From: Octopus sinensis
Lineage: Eukaryota
DNA: 64,000 nt
Direction: 5' to 3'
Assembly (NCBI RefSeq): GCF_006345805.1
Contig: NC_043001.1
Coordinates: 84,196,001-84,260,000, forward strand
In this document: positions 11,728 to 23,489 of the stretch, in pieces
Position numbering within the stretch: position 1 is the first letter of the stretch
Layout: the number at the start of each line of letters is the position of its first letter
Made by a program: the position numbers and the translations under genes
The notes under the pieces: generated by a model
Databases searched by the model: none
What the model saw: the letters and a program-made list of their open reading frames with translations, nothing else
Told to the model about the DNA's origin: nothing

Positions 11728-11860
11728 TAAAATTATAAATTAGGGTATCTACGAGATACCAACATGCTGAAAATAGCAGCAATGATCCGACTCTAAACCA
11801 GATCATGGCTGCTATTTTCTGCATGGTGGTATCTCGTAGATACCCTAATTTATAATTTTA
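11728..11860. repeat. Hairpin with 60-bp arms and a 13-nt loop
   Basis: 11728-11787 vs 11801-11860 match at 57/60 as reverse complements. Confidence 0.9.
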
Positions 11861-11902
11861 TATATATATATATATACATATATTTAAATATACATATATA
11901 TA

Positions 11903-11947
<45 letters not shown>

Positions 11948-11972
11948 TATATATATATGTATATATATATGT

Positions 11973-12005
<33 letters not shown>

Positions 12006-12012
12006 CATACAT

Positions 12013-12051
<39 letters not shown>

Positions 12052-12721
12052 CAAACATATATATATATATATGTATATATAGTTGTGTGTGTGTGTGTGT
12101 GTATAACAGACTACAATTGATTTTCTGTTGTAATTACCAGTGTTATTATTGGTAATTTAAATGAGAGTTCTACTTCTAGCGGGCAGTTATAGTTGTGTTC
12201 CATCATGATTGATATGTGTCTATAGCTTCACAATGCTATTTTAGGTCGGCAAGCTGGCCTAAGATTAATCACACCTTTATTTAACTATGTTAGAAGTGAC
12301 TTTATTTAATCTAAGCAACATTGTAATAATAACCATATTGTGCCATAGAGCAAGCTGGGCCATATGATTTCTTATTTATATAAACGATATCAGTATTGAC
12401 TTTAAGGAAGCTAAGCTACTATGTAACGGATGTCAAGTGGAAATATTGGACACCAGGTCAGAGAGTCTGCCGTTTACATTAACCATGTTAGGAGTAACTT
12501 TAGCTAAGCTATGAAATAATAGTAACTGTATTGTACTACATAGCAGAACCAGCCAGATAAGTTCCTCTTTACATTAAACAAGTTAACACTGGTTTTAGGT
12601 ACGATAAGCTAAACTACTCTATAGTAGTTGCCATACTGTGTTATAGATCTGGTTGGACCAGGCAATTAGCTCCTTACATTAAGTATTTTTGTAGTGATTT
12701 TAGCTTAGCTAAGCTGCTTTA

Positions 12722-13200
12722 TAATGGATTCAAATTTTTACACAAGGGCAGCCATTTTAGGGAAGGGATAAGTCTGTTCCTTCTCGAGCCAAGACGGACG
12801 CCGGTCCGTCGCAGGTGAGCTGCAAGATGCAGGAGGAAAGAGTGAGAGAAAGTTGTGGCGAAAGAGTCAGCAGAAGTTCGCCATTACCTCCTGTCGGAGC
12901 TGCATGGAACTTAGGTGTTTCGCTCATAAACACACACAACGCCCGGTCTGAGATTCGAACCCGCGATCCCTCGACCGCGAGTCCGCTGCTCTAACCACTA
13001 GGCCATGTGCCTCCATGGAGGGATAAGTCGATTACATCGACCCCCTCCCCCCAGTAATTCACTAGTACTTAGTTTATAGACCCAGAAAGGATGGAAGGCA
13101 AAGTCGATCTCGGCGGAATTTGAACTCAGAACATAGCGACGGGCGAAGTACCGCTAAGCATTTCGTCCAGCGTGCTAACGATTCTGCCAGCTCGCCGCCT
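12722..13200 (-). mobile_element. SINE family B copy split by a family C insertion
   Basis: Tail fragment at 12722-12774; body and head at 13017-13200. Confidence 0.8.
12775..13016 (-). mobile_element. SINE family C (tRNA head), internally deleted, 11-bp TSD
   Basis: Head GGAGGCACATGGCCTAGTGGTTAGAGC...GGTTCGAATC. TSD AGGGATAAGTC at 12764-12774 and 13019-13029. Confidence 0.85.
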
Positions 13201-13309
13201 TAAACTACTTTGTAATAGTAACCGTATTGTATACCATAGAGCAAGCTGGGCTAGCCCCTTACAGTAACCCTGTTAGTAGTGAATTTAACAAAGCTAAGCT
13301 GCAACATCA

Positions 13310-13522
13310 TCCTTTCTACTATATAGGCACAGGGCCCAAAATTATGGGGGAGGTGTAAGTCGATTACATTGACCCCAGTGCGTAACAGTACTTACTTCAT
13401 CGGCCCCGAAATAATAAAAGGCAAAGTCGACCTCGTCGGAATTTGAACTCAGAACACGAAGATGAACGAAATGCCGCTAAGCATTTCGCTTGGCGTGTTA
13501 ACGATTCTGCCAACTCGCCGCC
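13310..13522 (-). mobile_element. SINE family B copy
   Basis: Matches family B on the minus strand. Confidence 0.8.
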
Positions 13523-13639
13523 TTTAAGCTGCTATATAATAATAACCATATTATATTATATAAATATGCTGGATTTATTGGCAATTAAAATGCTTTCATT
13601 CTTGTACATAATGTGTAACTTTCAGTAACTTTATTTCAG

Positions 13640-13816
13640 CCTACTGGTGTATGATAGACCGTAATCTAACCGACTGTATGCCATGCAACCACGGCGAATA
13701 TCAACCGGATCCAGGAGCTGACAATCAATTCTATCAATGTACCAATGGACTTATGTATCTCCTAATGTGCCCACCAGGAACTATTTGGGACCAAAGAGTA
13801 TGGAAATGTGGTGACA
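13640..13816 (+). CDS. Exon D: CBM14/peritrophin-A-like domain 1
   Basis: ttatttcag|...A|gtaagt, 177 nt, phase 1-1. PYWCMIDRNLTDCMPCNHGEYQPDPGADNQFYQCTNGLMYLLMCPPGTIWDQRVWKCGD: FYxC-x9-CPxGTxW-x6-C motif. Confidence 0.9.
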
Positions 13817-13872
13817 GTAAGTATTGGACATTCCACAATTTTCTTACTGTATGACCTTTAAAGTAGACACCT

Positions 13873-14100
13873 ATTTCTTTACTACCCACAAGGGGCTAAA
13901 CACAGAGGGGACAAACAAGGACAGACAAACGGATTAAGTCGATTATCGACCCCAGTGCGTAACTGGTACTTAATTTATCGACCCCGAAAGGATGAAAGGC
14001 AAAGTCAACCTCGGGGGAATTTGAACTCAGAACGTAACGGCAGGCGAAATACGGCTACGCATTTCGCCCGGCGTGCTAACGTTTCTGCCAGCACGCCGCC
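13873..14100 (-). mobile_element. Young SINE family B copy with a perfect 15-bp TSD
   Basis: TSD TTAAAGTAGACACCT at 13858-13872 and 14101-14115. Confidence 0.92.
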
Positions 14101-14542
14101 TTAAAGTAGACACCTGCCATAACGTCACCTACTCCTTGCGTAAATTTAAGCGGAGTTCACTTTATGGTAAGCGCATACTGCAGATATGGACCTAAGGATT
14201 TATTCAGGTCGGATATCGATTATATAGATCTAACAAGTTTAGATCGGTATTGAAAGATCATGAATACTGACTCTCTACCTCCAACTAATAAAAATCATTT
14301 AGAAAATCGATGGGACAGTCATGTTTGAAATACTTTTATTCATAGGTCAGCTAAATAGGGGATGATCTACCAGATGATCAGATGAGGACTATCAACGATT
14401 TGTCCTCATCTGTCTGACATACTGGTATGCTTTCGGGGTAGAGGTGGATGTTTCGGGGCGAGAGTATCGAAGTGCTGAGTGCTGGCCAAACCATTATCAC
14501 TATTTTTCATTTGTTCTCTTGGCAATCTGGTTATACTTAGAT

Positions 14543-14591
<49 letters not shown>

Positions 14592-14596
14592 TACTA

Positions 14597-14651
<55 letters not shown>

Positions 14652-14985
14652 ACACACAGACACATACACACATACATGAACACTCAGACACACACAGGAG
14701 CATGCACACACACACATGAACGCACACATGCACACACAGATGTACACATGCACACACAGACGCACACACGCACACACAGACGCACACATGCACTCTATAC
14801 ACACTCAAATGGGTACACATATACAACGCTCTCTCACTCACTCACACACACATACACACACGCACACATGAACACACACACATACACACATACCAACACA
14901 CACACATGAACACACACATACACACAGAGACACATTTACACACACAAATGGACACATATATACAACGCTCTTTCTCTCGCTCTCA

Positions 14986-15025
<40 letters not shown>

Positions 15026-15030
15026 AACAG
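14543..15030. repeat. (ACT)n and (CA)n-rich compound low-complexity tract
   Basis: Read directly from the sequence. Confidence 0.9.
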
Positions 15031-15382
15031 GTACAAGCAAACACGCATATTTTAATTGCTAAGCTAATTAAAACGTGAACAATAGTAATTTGAATAAACC
15101 CTTCGCAGTAAATACATATCGTCATCAGGGTTACCACTACTCTCCGAAAACAAGTATGAAGAACAAGGACATAATTTCTTTTTCTTAGAATTATTTATAA
15201 TAGGAGCGTCACTCGATAGACGAGTGACGCCCCAATATCAGCTTGATATGAATAAGTCATAAATTTAAGTTCCTGTGTGTATACTGTATGCTGTATACAT
15301 TTGAGCCAGCGAGGAAGGATGCACGAGGTCACGTAGCCTGCAAGAAACAGCATTGAAGTCTCTTTCAAATCGACCTTCTTAA

Positions 15383-15898
15383 CCCTTCGTGGGCCGGCGG
15401 GGTTGGAATTACACAAGAGGCCATTGGGGTCTCGAGGCCCCCCCCCTTTTATTTCTGCACACTTCCGCACTATCCATAAAGAATGGGAATGAAAGGAGGG
15501 GAATTAAGATATGATTTATTGACTGGATAAAACCTTTAGTGAAAGAAATCAACGTTTTTTATAGTTTTGTAAACGATATATATGGCACAAAATATAAAAT
15601 AAAACAGTACAAATACGAAGAAAATTGACTTATAGTTCATCAGAATATCTGAAAAAAAAAGAACAAGAAAAAATAATTTCACAGAAAGCCAATGGTGTCC
15701 AGTTGGACCCCAATGAGCATATTTTATGCTATGATATCCATATGACTGGAAATGTTTAACTTAAAATTTGTATATGCATACATAAACTATTGACAATAAA
15801 AGTCATGAGATATAAAATTATTTAAGTAAAAATTGTAAAAGTTGCATAACTTTTAAAATTTGCTGGGGTTCCAAGGGATCCCGCCGACCCACGAAGGG
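15383..15898. mobile_element. piggyBac-type MITE, 516 bp
   Basis: TTAA on both sides (15379-82, 15899-902). TIRs CCCTTCGTGGG(C/T)CGGCGGG match at 18/19. No coding remnant seen. Confidence 0.88.
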
Positions 15899-15919
15899 TT
15901 AAAAGAGGAATACCCTATG

Positions 15920-16290
15920 ATTGTCAAATAAGACGGTATGGTCATCATCGGAATGCCTTAAATCACAAGTTTCAGGACTGACCTGGCATTAAACAACAAC
16001 AATTATATATTGTTTGAAAAGGTGATGACTGGATGGTCGCGGATAAGATGTCTTTGATCATAGATCTGTTCCATTTGAGCTACCTTAGCCGAAACAACAA
16101 CAATAAGACAGGCTAGTCATTGATGAGGTACCCTTGACCGCATGTTCCTTCCTTTAAACTAAATTTAGGCGAAACAACAGCAACAAGAATGTACTGTGTT
16201 TGAAAAAGTCAGGACAGATGGTATGCCTTTGATCATTGGGCTGTTGCATCTGGGCTAAACTTAGGCGAATGAAACAACGACAATAATCTA
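15920..16290 (+). repeat. Four degenerate 80-100 bp units, each ending in an (AAC)n tail
   Basis: AAACAAC tails at 15991, 16091, 16171 and 16271; shared GCCTTTGATCAT and TGTTTGAAAA motifs. Confidence 0.6.
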
Positions 16291-16356
16291 TAAAATATTT
16301 CAGTTAATCAAGGAACTTTTCATTCTTTAACAGTTGAATTTGTATTCATTTTCCAG

Positions 16357-16419
16357 TTATGAAGATTGAGCTTGAGATGCTGAATGGGACCGAACCTGTG
16401 AACATGACCCTTGTAAATG
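16357..16419 (+). CDS. Exon E: 21-aa linker
   Basis: tattcattttccag|...G|gtaggt, 63 nt, phase 1-1, open frame IMKIELEMLNGTEPVNMTLVN; fits between exons D and F. Confidence 0.7.
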
Positions 16420-16817
16420 GTAGGTCTTAAAATATCTTGCTGCAAGCTCTGCCAAAGATCAGGATTTGTTCTTTCACTTTCATTGCTTACAACTTTTCTT
16501 CTATTTCTCTCTGTTTCTTAAATAGTTTCCTTCTCCCAAATTGACTTATTTATGTGAGCGATTGTTACTTGCAGATATACATCTGTACTCATTGACAGAC
16601 ACCTACTAACATAGCAAGTGCTGCATAATAGTGGTAAACACGGCGAAGCCAGTACGTGGTCTGCACTCGATTTGAGGCAGCATCTGTTTATTATCGTGTC
16701 CATCACCAATAAACTGTAGAAACGAATGAACGTTACATAATTCATTTCGTGTAGTAAATTCACATTATTTTAAATTCTTATATTATATTACGTGTCTATA
16801 CATTATTCTCTCTCTCT

Positions 16818-17162
16818 CTTTTACTTGTTTCAGTCATTTAACAGTGGCCATGCTGTCAAATGACACCAGCATCGGTTGTTAAGCGATGTTGGGGGGACAA
16901 ACACAGACACAAACACATACACACACATACATATATACATACACACATACACACACAAACACATACACACACACATATATATATATACATATATATATAC
17001 GACTGACTTCTTTCAGTTTCCGTCTACCAAATCCACTCACAAGGCTTTGGTCGGCTCGAGGCTATACAGAAGACACTTGTCCAAAGTGCCACACAGTGGG
17101 ACTGAATCCGGAACCATGTGGTTCATAAGCAAGCTTCTTACCACACAGCCACTCCTACGCCT
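16818..17162 (-). mobile_element. SINE family A copy, internally deleted
   Basis: Matches family A on the minus strand. Confidence 0.85.
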
Positions 17163-17190
17163 TATGGACATTTATGTGTATATCCATGTA

Positions 17191-18105
17191 CTAAGTGGTA
17201 TTAAAAAGTTCCAGGAATAGTTATGTTTAATAAAAATAATTTATTTACCTAAGTTTTAATATAATCTCCTTCGAAAAAGTCACCTTGCGCAACAATACAC
17301 CGGACCCAACATTCCTGCCACTTTTGGAATCCAGCCTGGAAGTCGTTTTCCGTAAGCGAGTCGAGGAGTTTCTGCGATTCGCTCTGGACCTCGACATTGG
17401 TATTAAAGCAACGATCTTTGAGTTGCATTTTCATCTTGGGGAAGAGATGGAAGTCAGTAGGTGCTAAATCTGAGGAATTTGGCGGGTGCGGAGGCGATAC
17501 CACGCTTTTGGCGAGAAACTCACGAGTGAGGAGAGCTCGGTGATAGGGTGAATTGTAGTTGTAAAGGATCCAGTATTTTGCGTTCCAGAGATCCGGTTGC
17601 TTTGGCCGAATGTCCTCTCTGAAACGCTTCAAAACGCCGCAGTCGAACTCTCAACTGACGGTCTGGCTCGGGAGAGCGAATTCTCGATGCACAATCCCAC
17701 ATTTCCGGGGATGACGCACGTGCTAGATCTTCCAGATTTCTCATCGCTTTTCAGGGATGTTCTTTCGCATTTGAAGCGTCTATGCCACTCAAAACATTGC
17801 GTGCAACCCATTGCCTCGTAACCGTAAGCTTGCCGAAGCATGCTCAAAGTCTCTATAACAGACTTCACAAGTTTAACGCAAAATTTCACGTTGGCTCTTT
17901 GTTCCAACTTTCTGTTCATGACAAAACCGAAGACTACAGCATACACGTGATCCGGAAAATACGAAGTTGCGAAGTAATCACAGTGACGTCACTCGGCACA
18001 CTGTGTCATGAAGGTCACTGCTAACTCCCACTGCGCATGCAACCGCGTGCTGCTATCTGTTGGCACGCTACTGAACTGGTCCAGGAACCTTTCCATACCG
18101 ATTCA
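17191..18105 (-). mobile_element. Internally deleted, degenerate mariner
   Basis: N-terminus MNRKLEQRANVKFCVKL...SGRSST (17629-17946) joined to GIVHREF... and C-terminus HPPNSSDLAPTDF (17249-17632). Degenerate TIRs AAAAGTTCCAGGA / TCCAGGAACCTTT. Confidence 0.85.
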
Positions 18106-18220
18106 CATGTTAATGTGCACACACACTCACACATGCAAATGTTTGTTTCTATGTTAAGTTATGTATATATATATATATATATACATATATATATAACGCA
18201 GGTGTAATTCAAATACTTTT

Positions 18221-18299
18221 ACTTCCGACACGTGTTTCGAAGATATCACTGATATTATTCCAAAAGAATAAAATAATGTAATCTTCTCTTCAGGGAAGT
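18221..18299 (-). ncRNA. Canonical type I hammerhead ribozyme motif in a putative PLE pLTR remnant
   Basis: ACTTCC-CTGAAGA-GAAGAT..ATCTTC-GAAA-CACGTG-TC-GGAAGT: 6-bp stem I, full core, palindromic stem III, GUC cleavage triplet. Confidence 0.85.
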
Positions 18300-18375
18300 G
18301 AAGAAATGAAACGAAACTATTTATCTATTTTTCTATTTTTCCGTGTTAATTGTTAACAAAGGAAAAATACACACA

Positions 18376-18417
<42 letters not shown>

Positions 18418-18607
18418 ATATATATATAATATATATATATATATTATATATATATATAAACTGTAAAACAAACTGGGAGGAAAGAGACGGAACGAAGTGA
18501 GAATTCGAAAAATCGAAAATTCAAACGAACCCGACGCGAAGCGCTGTCAGACAATAGTGTAATAAATAAAATATATGCATACATACAAACATATATGTAC
18601 GTACCGA

Positions 18608-18707
<100 letters not shown>

Positions 18708-18720
18708 CATGTTTACCCAG

Positions 18721-18900
18721 TGGATGACCTCTGCGTTGACAACTTCACTGGAGAATGTGTCATATGTTTACCTGACAAATACTACGAATATACAGGAGAC
18801 CCACGTAAGTTTTACCAGTGTGTGCACGATAATCTAGTTCTGCGAGAATGTCCAGATGGAACAATCTGGAACAAAGATATATCAACTTGTATCCACGAAG
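18721..18900 (+). CDS. Exon F: CBM14-like domain 2
   Basis: gtttacccag|...G|gtaagt, 180 nt, phase 1-1. VDDLCVDNFTGECVICLPDKYYEYTGDPRKFYQCVHDNLVLRECPDGTIWNKDISTCIHE. Confidence 0.92.
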
Positions 18901-19202
18901 GTAAGTCCATACTTCCATATTCTTTCGTAAATTTCATTTCAATATATCAATGTCATCTCTTCTTTCTGAAAACAGGTTTTACAGTTGTCAATTGTTGATA
19001 ACCTAGAAGCATACAAACAATAGTGTCACTATTTCGAACCCCTTTCTGATGCCACGTTAAGGCTCACTAAAATTAATAGTATGAAGACGAGTGGTGTGTT
19101 CAGTTGAGGAAATTTTCGCCACATCAGATATCATACAAAATATAAAAACTACTCAGTTATAGTATTCTTGCATTATTTGCTAGTTCCAGGTTTCTTATTT
19201 CT

Positions 19203-19799
19203 TATTTCTTTATTGCCCACAAGGGGCTAAACACAGAGGGGACAAAGAAGGACAGACAAACGGATTAAGTCGATTAGATCTACCCCAGTGCGTAACTGAT
19301 ACTTAATTTATCGACCCCGAAAGGATTAAAGGCAAAGTCGACCTCGGCGGAATTTAAACTCTGAACGTAGCGGCAGACGAAATACTTATTTCTTTACTGC
19401 CCACAAGGAGCTACACACAGAGAGGACAAACAAGGACAGACAAACGGATTAAGTCGATTATATCAACCCCAGTGCGTAACTGGTACTTAATTTATCGACC
19501 CCGAAAGGATGAAAGGCAAAGTCGACCTCGGCGGAATTTGAACTCAGAACGTAGCGGCAGGCGAAATACCTATTTCTTTACTACCCACAAGGGGCTGAAC
19601 ACAGAGGACAAACAAGGACAGACAAACGGATTAAGTCGATTATATGGACCCCAGTGCGTAACTGGTACTTATTTAATCGACCCCGTAAGGATGAAAGGCA
19701 AAGTCGACCTCGGCGGAATTTGAACTCAGAACGTAGCGGCAGACGAAATACTGCTAAGCATTTCGCCCGGCGTGCTAACGATTCAGCCAGCTCGCCGCT
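19203..19799 (-). mobile_element. Head-to-tail trimer of SINE family B (period about 184 bp)
   Basis: Units at 19203-19385, 19386-19569 and 19570-19799; only the last has the 5' head. Confidence 0.9.
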
Positions 19800-20014
19800 T
19801 TTTGTTGGTTCAGGTTTCTAGCGTGACTATATTACTACACAAAAATTGACGTTTTACCGTAAATTGGTTTCCTACTTCTTGGTATGATCTTATCTATTCG
19901 TAACGCGAATTAAATTCTGTCACTGACTTTCAAGTTAAATGGAGGTAAATGAACTTCGAAATCAATAGGAAAATATGTTTTGCCTAAAGGAACTCTTCCT
20001 TACGGCAAGATTTT

Positions 20015-20300
20015 CGTGAACGCTTCTATGTATGTATGTATGTACGTATGTATGTATGTATGTATGTATGTATGTATGTAGTATGTATGTACGTATGTAT
20101 GTATGTATGTATTTATGTATTTATGTATACATGTATGTATGTATGTATGTATGTATGTATGTATGTATGCATGTATATATGTATGCATGTATGTATGTAT
20201 TTATGTATACATGTATGTATGTTGTATGTATGTATGTATGTATGTATGTATGTATGTATGTATGTATCTATGTATGTAATGAGTATGTGTATGTATGTGT
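20015..20300. repeat. (ATGT)n microsatellite
   Basis: Read directly from the sequence. Confidence 0.95.
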
Positions 20301-20809
20301 GTACGTATATATGCGTATGTGGTTCTGCGTGCATCTGTAAATGAGCATGTGCATATGTATATATATCTATGTAAAATATGAATGTATTTTACGTATATTA
20401 TATGCATGGTATATGCCAGATTCTAAACTATACGTCTATACCACTATCTCAAGAAGATTTTTATTTCTCATGTTTGATCTTTCTCTATTTCAGTATTACC
20501 AGCTCCAGCGCAATTTAGGCCAGTATCACGTGAGTAATATATTTAGTATCACCGAATTATAAATACATAACTTGAGTAGGTAGATTTTCCATCTTATCAC
20601 TAGAATTGTTGTTGTTGTTGTTATCTTCGTTGTGGCTGCTCTTTTCGCCACATTTCAAAGCCTGCTTTGCTTCATACTTGAGTTCCGAACTCTGAAATGA
20701 GTCACAGAAGTGCGTTGTGGCATGCGACTTGCCTACAGTATATAAACCTTAGTGTTTAAAAGTTTTCCTTTTAATTTTTCATTTATTGGATCTAAAGGAA
20801 GAAACCGCG

Positions 20810-21070
20810 CTCATGCCCTTGTACACCGTCTTAACCCAGTGAGATTGATGCCGTTTAATATTGGTCTCAAATTTTGGTGTAAGGCCAGCATTTTCGGGTT
20901 AAGGAATAAATCGATAACATTTACCTCAGTGGTCAATTGGTACTTATTTTATCGATCCCGAAATGATGAAAGGTAAAAATGTCTCCCACCAGCATTTGAA
21001 CTGGGAGCGTAAAGAAATGTCAGTAAGCGTCTTTCCTGGGTCAGTAACAATTCTGCCTGCTCGCCGCCTT
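20810..21070 (-). mobile_element. Diverged SINE family B copy
   Basis: Degenerate match to the family B head and central domain. Confidence 0.7.
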
Positions 21071-21400
21071 ATTGACACCATGAATATTACTGTCGCAATT
21101 TTATAATTCAACACTTGCAGGAGAAACAAAAAAAAAAAAAAAAAAGGAAGAGAATTCGAGAGGGTAGATATTTTGAGAAGGAAGGAGGTTCAAGTGTATA
21201 TGTGACTTTACGCAAATTAATTGGGTCTTCCTAGCAGTAGTGTCTGAAAAAGTACTATATCTATATTCTATTGTGGGCCTTATTTAAGCTTTAATAAAGT
21301 TTATTCGCAAAAGAACTTAACATTTTATGTGCTGATAGTGTAAAATAAGGTTAGTCCTAATAAGAATTTTATTAATATAATTTCCCCTCTCTTTAAACAG

Positions 21401-21588
21401 TGACAGAGATGTGTTTCTATCCAAATATGACGAAATGTTATCAGTGTGAGCCAGGATTCTACGAGGACGACGACAGTTGCCGACGTTTCTACACATGTGC
21501 CAACGGAGGCCTGGTCTCTATGTCGTGTCCAGATGGTACCCGCTGGAACCAGACTCAAACTCGTTGTGACAACGGTGTTATGTGCTGA
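21401..21588 (+). CDS. Exon G (terminal): CBM14-like domain 3 and stop
   Basis: ttcccctctctttaaacag|, phase 1. VTEMCFYPNMTKCYQCEPGFYEDDDSCRRFYTCANGGLVSMSCPDGTRWNQTQTRCDNGVMC*; TGA at 21586-21588. Confidence 0.92.
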
Positions 21589-21790
21589 ATGATAAACCAG
21601 ACTAATTTACTCTTACGTCCGTCACAGTCGTGTGTTACAACTGAAGATATTGCGTCACAGTTTTAAAAGATACAGAAAGCAACATAGAAGAGAAACATTG
21701 CAAAGATAATATATCATCAGTGACCTTCATTCATAATATATTATACCTCGCCTCTTGAAATATTTACAATATTCATGTATTAAATATTGA

Positions 21791-21796
21791 AATAAA
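21791..21796 (+). terminator. Polyadenylation signal of the EGF/CBM14 gene
   Basis: AATAAA about 200 nt after the stop, followed by a GT/T-rich downstream element (about 21819-21855). Confidence 0.7.
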
Positions 21797-22196
21797 CGTT
21801 TCTTATGCCACACAACGAGTTGTTGTCGTCTTGTTCTTGTTCTTGTTCTTGTTCTTCCAATCAGGACTCACGCAATTAGCCACAAAGAATAGCCACTAAT
21901 TCGAGCCTACTCTACGCTACTAAGAATGCGTGTGGCAACTTGAAGATCCACCCACCGCACGCGATAGACTGGCGGTTGCACGGAAGCGAAAGCTACGTTG
22001 TTATCCTCATTCTGTAAACTGTGGCTTTTTAACGAGTGAAGAGCTGAACCATCCTGGGTTACTGAGGATTCGCAATCTACACTAGGGTCTGAAAGTTTAC
22101 CACACCATAGTGGGTTACACCATGGTTCCACTGCTTTGTCGCAGAAGTAGGAAGAAAGAGTGAGAGAAAGCTGTGGTGAAAGAGTACAGTGGGGTT

Positions 22197-22673
22197 GATC
22201 CCGAAAGGATGAAAGGCAAAGTCAGCCTCGGCGTGATTTGAACACAGAACGTAGCGGCAGACAAAATACCTATTTCTTTACTACCCACAAGGGGCTAAAC
22301 ATTGAGTGGACAAACAAGGACAGACAAAGGGGTTAAGTCGATTACATCGATCCTAGTGTGTAACTGGTACTTAATTATCGACCCCGAAAGGATGAAAGGC
22401 AAATTCGACCTCGGCGGAATTTGAACTCAGAACGTAACGGCAGACGAAATACCTATTTCTTTACTGCCCACAAGGGGCTACACACAGAGGGGACAAACAA
22501 GGACAGACAAACGGATTAAGTTGATTATATCGACCCCAGTGCGTAACTGGTACTTATTTAATCGACCCCGAAAGGATGAAAGGCAAAGTCGACCTCGGCG
22601 GAATTTGAACTCAGAACGTAGCGGCAGACGAAATACCGTTAAGCATTTCTAACGTTTCTGCCAGCTCGCCGCC
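22197..22673 (-). mobile_element. Head-to-tail multimer of SINE family B
   Basis: Units at 22197-22269 (partial), 22270-22452 and 22453-22673; same junction as the 19.2-kb array. Confidence 0.9.
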
Positions 22674-22689
22674 TTCTTTATTATAATAA

Positions 22690-23330
22690 TAATGGAGAAT
22701 TTTCAATTGAAGCTTTACGTATTCTTTCTTGTTTTTTTTTGAAACTGATGAAACTGGTATTAGGTTGTCAAAGTTCTTGCGGAATTTTAAATTTTGGTTT
22801 TAAATGAGGTATTTTAACACTCGGTAAGTGAGAAAGTCATTTACGTTTCGAGCCTATGCTCTTCAACAGAAAGGAACAGAAATAAACAGAGAGAAAATAG
22901 TGGCAAGCGATCAATCATGCAGGACAGAGGTGGTCAGACAGGAGAGCTAGGGGAGATAATAAAGTAGTGGTGATCCCAAAATGAAGGTGCGCATGTAAGT
23001 GAAAGCGTGTAGTGCGTGTGCATAGGGTCTGATGACCTTGATGTGCGCGTGTGCGCATGTGTAGGTGTGTTGATGATGGTGTGGGTGCTGGGAAGTAGTC
23101 AGTGCTAGTGTGTACGGGATGGTGCGATGTGGTGTAGTGTGGTGTAGTATGGTGGTATGTGGTGTGGTGGTGTGTGGTGTGTTGTGGTGGGTTAGAGAGT
23201 GGGATGCGGGTTGGGGTAAGGGTGGGGTATATGGGGTGGGGGTGGGATGGGATGTATAGGGATGGTGGGTTGGAATGTAAAGGGGTGGGGTAACGATGGC
23301 TTATATTTGTTTCGGATACTGGATTACGGC
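22690..23330 (-). mobile_element. Putative solo PLE pseudo-LTR remnant with a hammerhead-like motif
   Basis: Minus-strand CTTT-CTGTTGA-A-GAGC-ATAG-GCTC-GAAA-CG-TA at 22838-22873; C-rich (CACCA)n region upstream on the same strand. Confidence 0.55.
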
Positions 23331-23489
23331 AATGCTGGGGGCACCATATTTATAGCTTTAATCGAACAAATCAACCACAATACTTATTTTTAAAAGTCTG
23401 CTTCCTATTCTCTCTTATGCCGAATCGCTACGTTACGGGGACGAAAACAAACCAGCATATGTTGTCAAGCGGTTGGAGGGGACAAACAG

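Larger units (their letters stand above)
12170..13310. repeat. Degenerate tandem repeat of about 95 bp, interrupted by SINEs
   Basis: Recurring AGCTAAGCT...GTAATAGTAACCGTATTGT...CCATAGAGCAAGCTGGGC...TTACATTAAC motifs. Confidence 0.6.

Noticed and set aside
19203-19799. Regularly spaced repeats resembling a CRISPR array
   Set aside because: The whole 184-bp unit repeats with no unique spacers; these are SINE multimers in a eukaryotic genome.
21574-21580. Alternative donor G|gtgtta inside exon G, extending the gene
   Set aside because: Weak donor; read-through supplies the C6 partner of C2, and a polyA signal follows.
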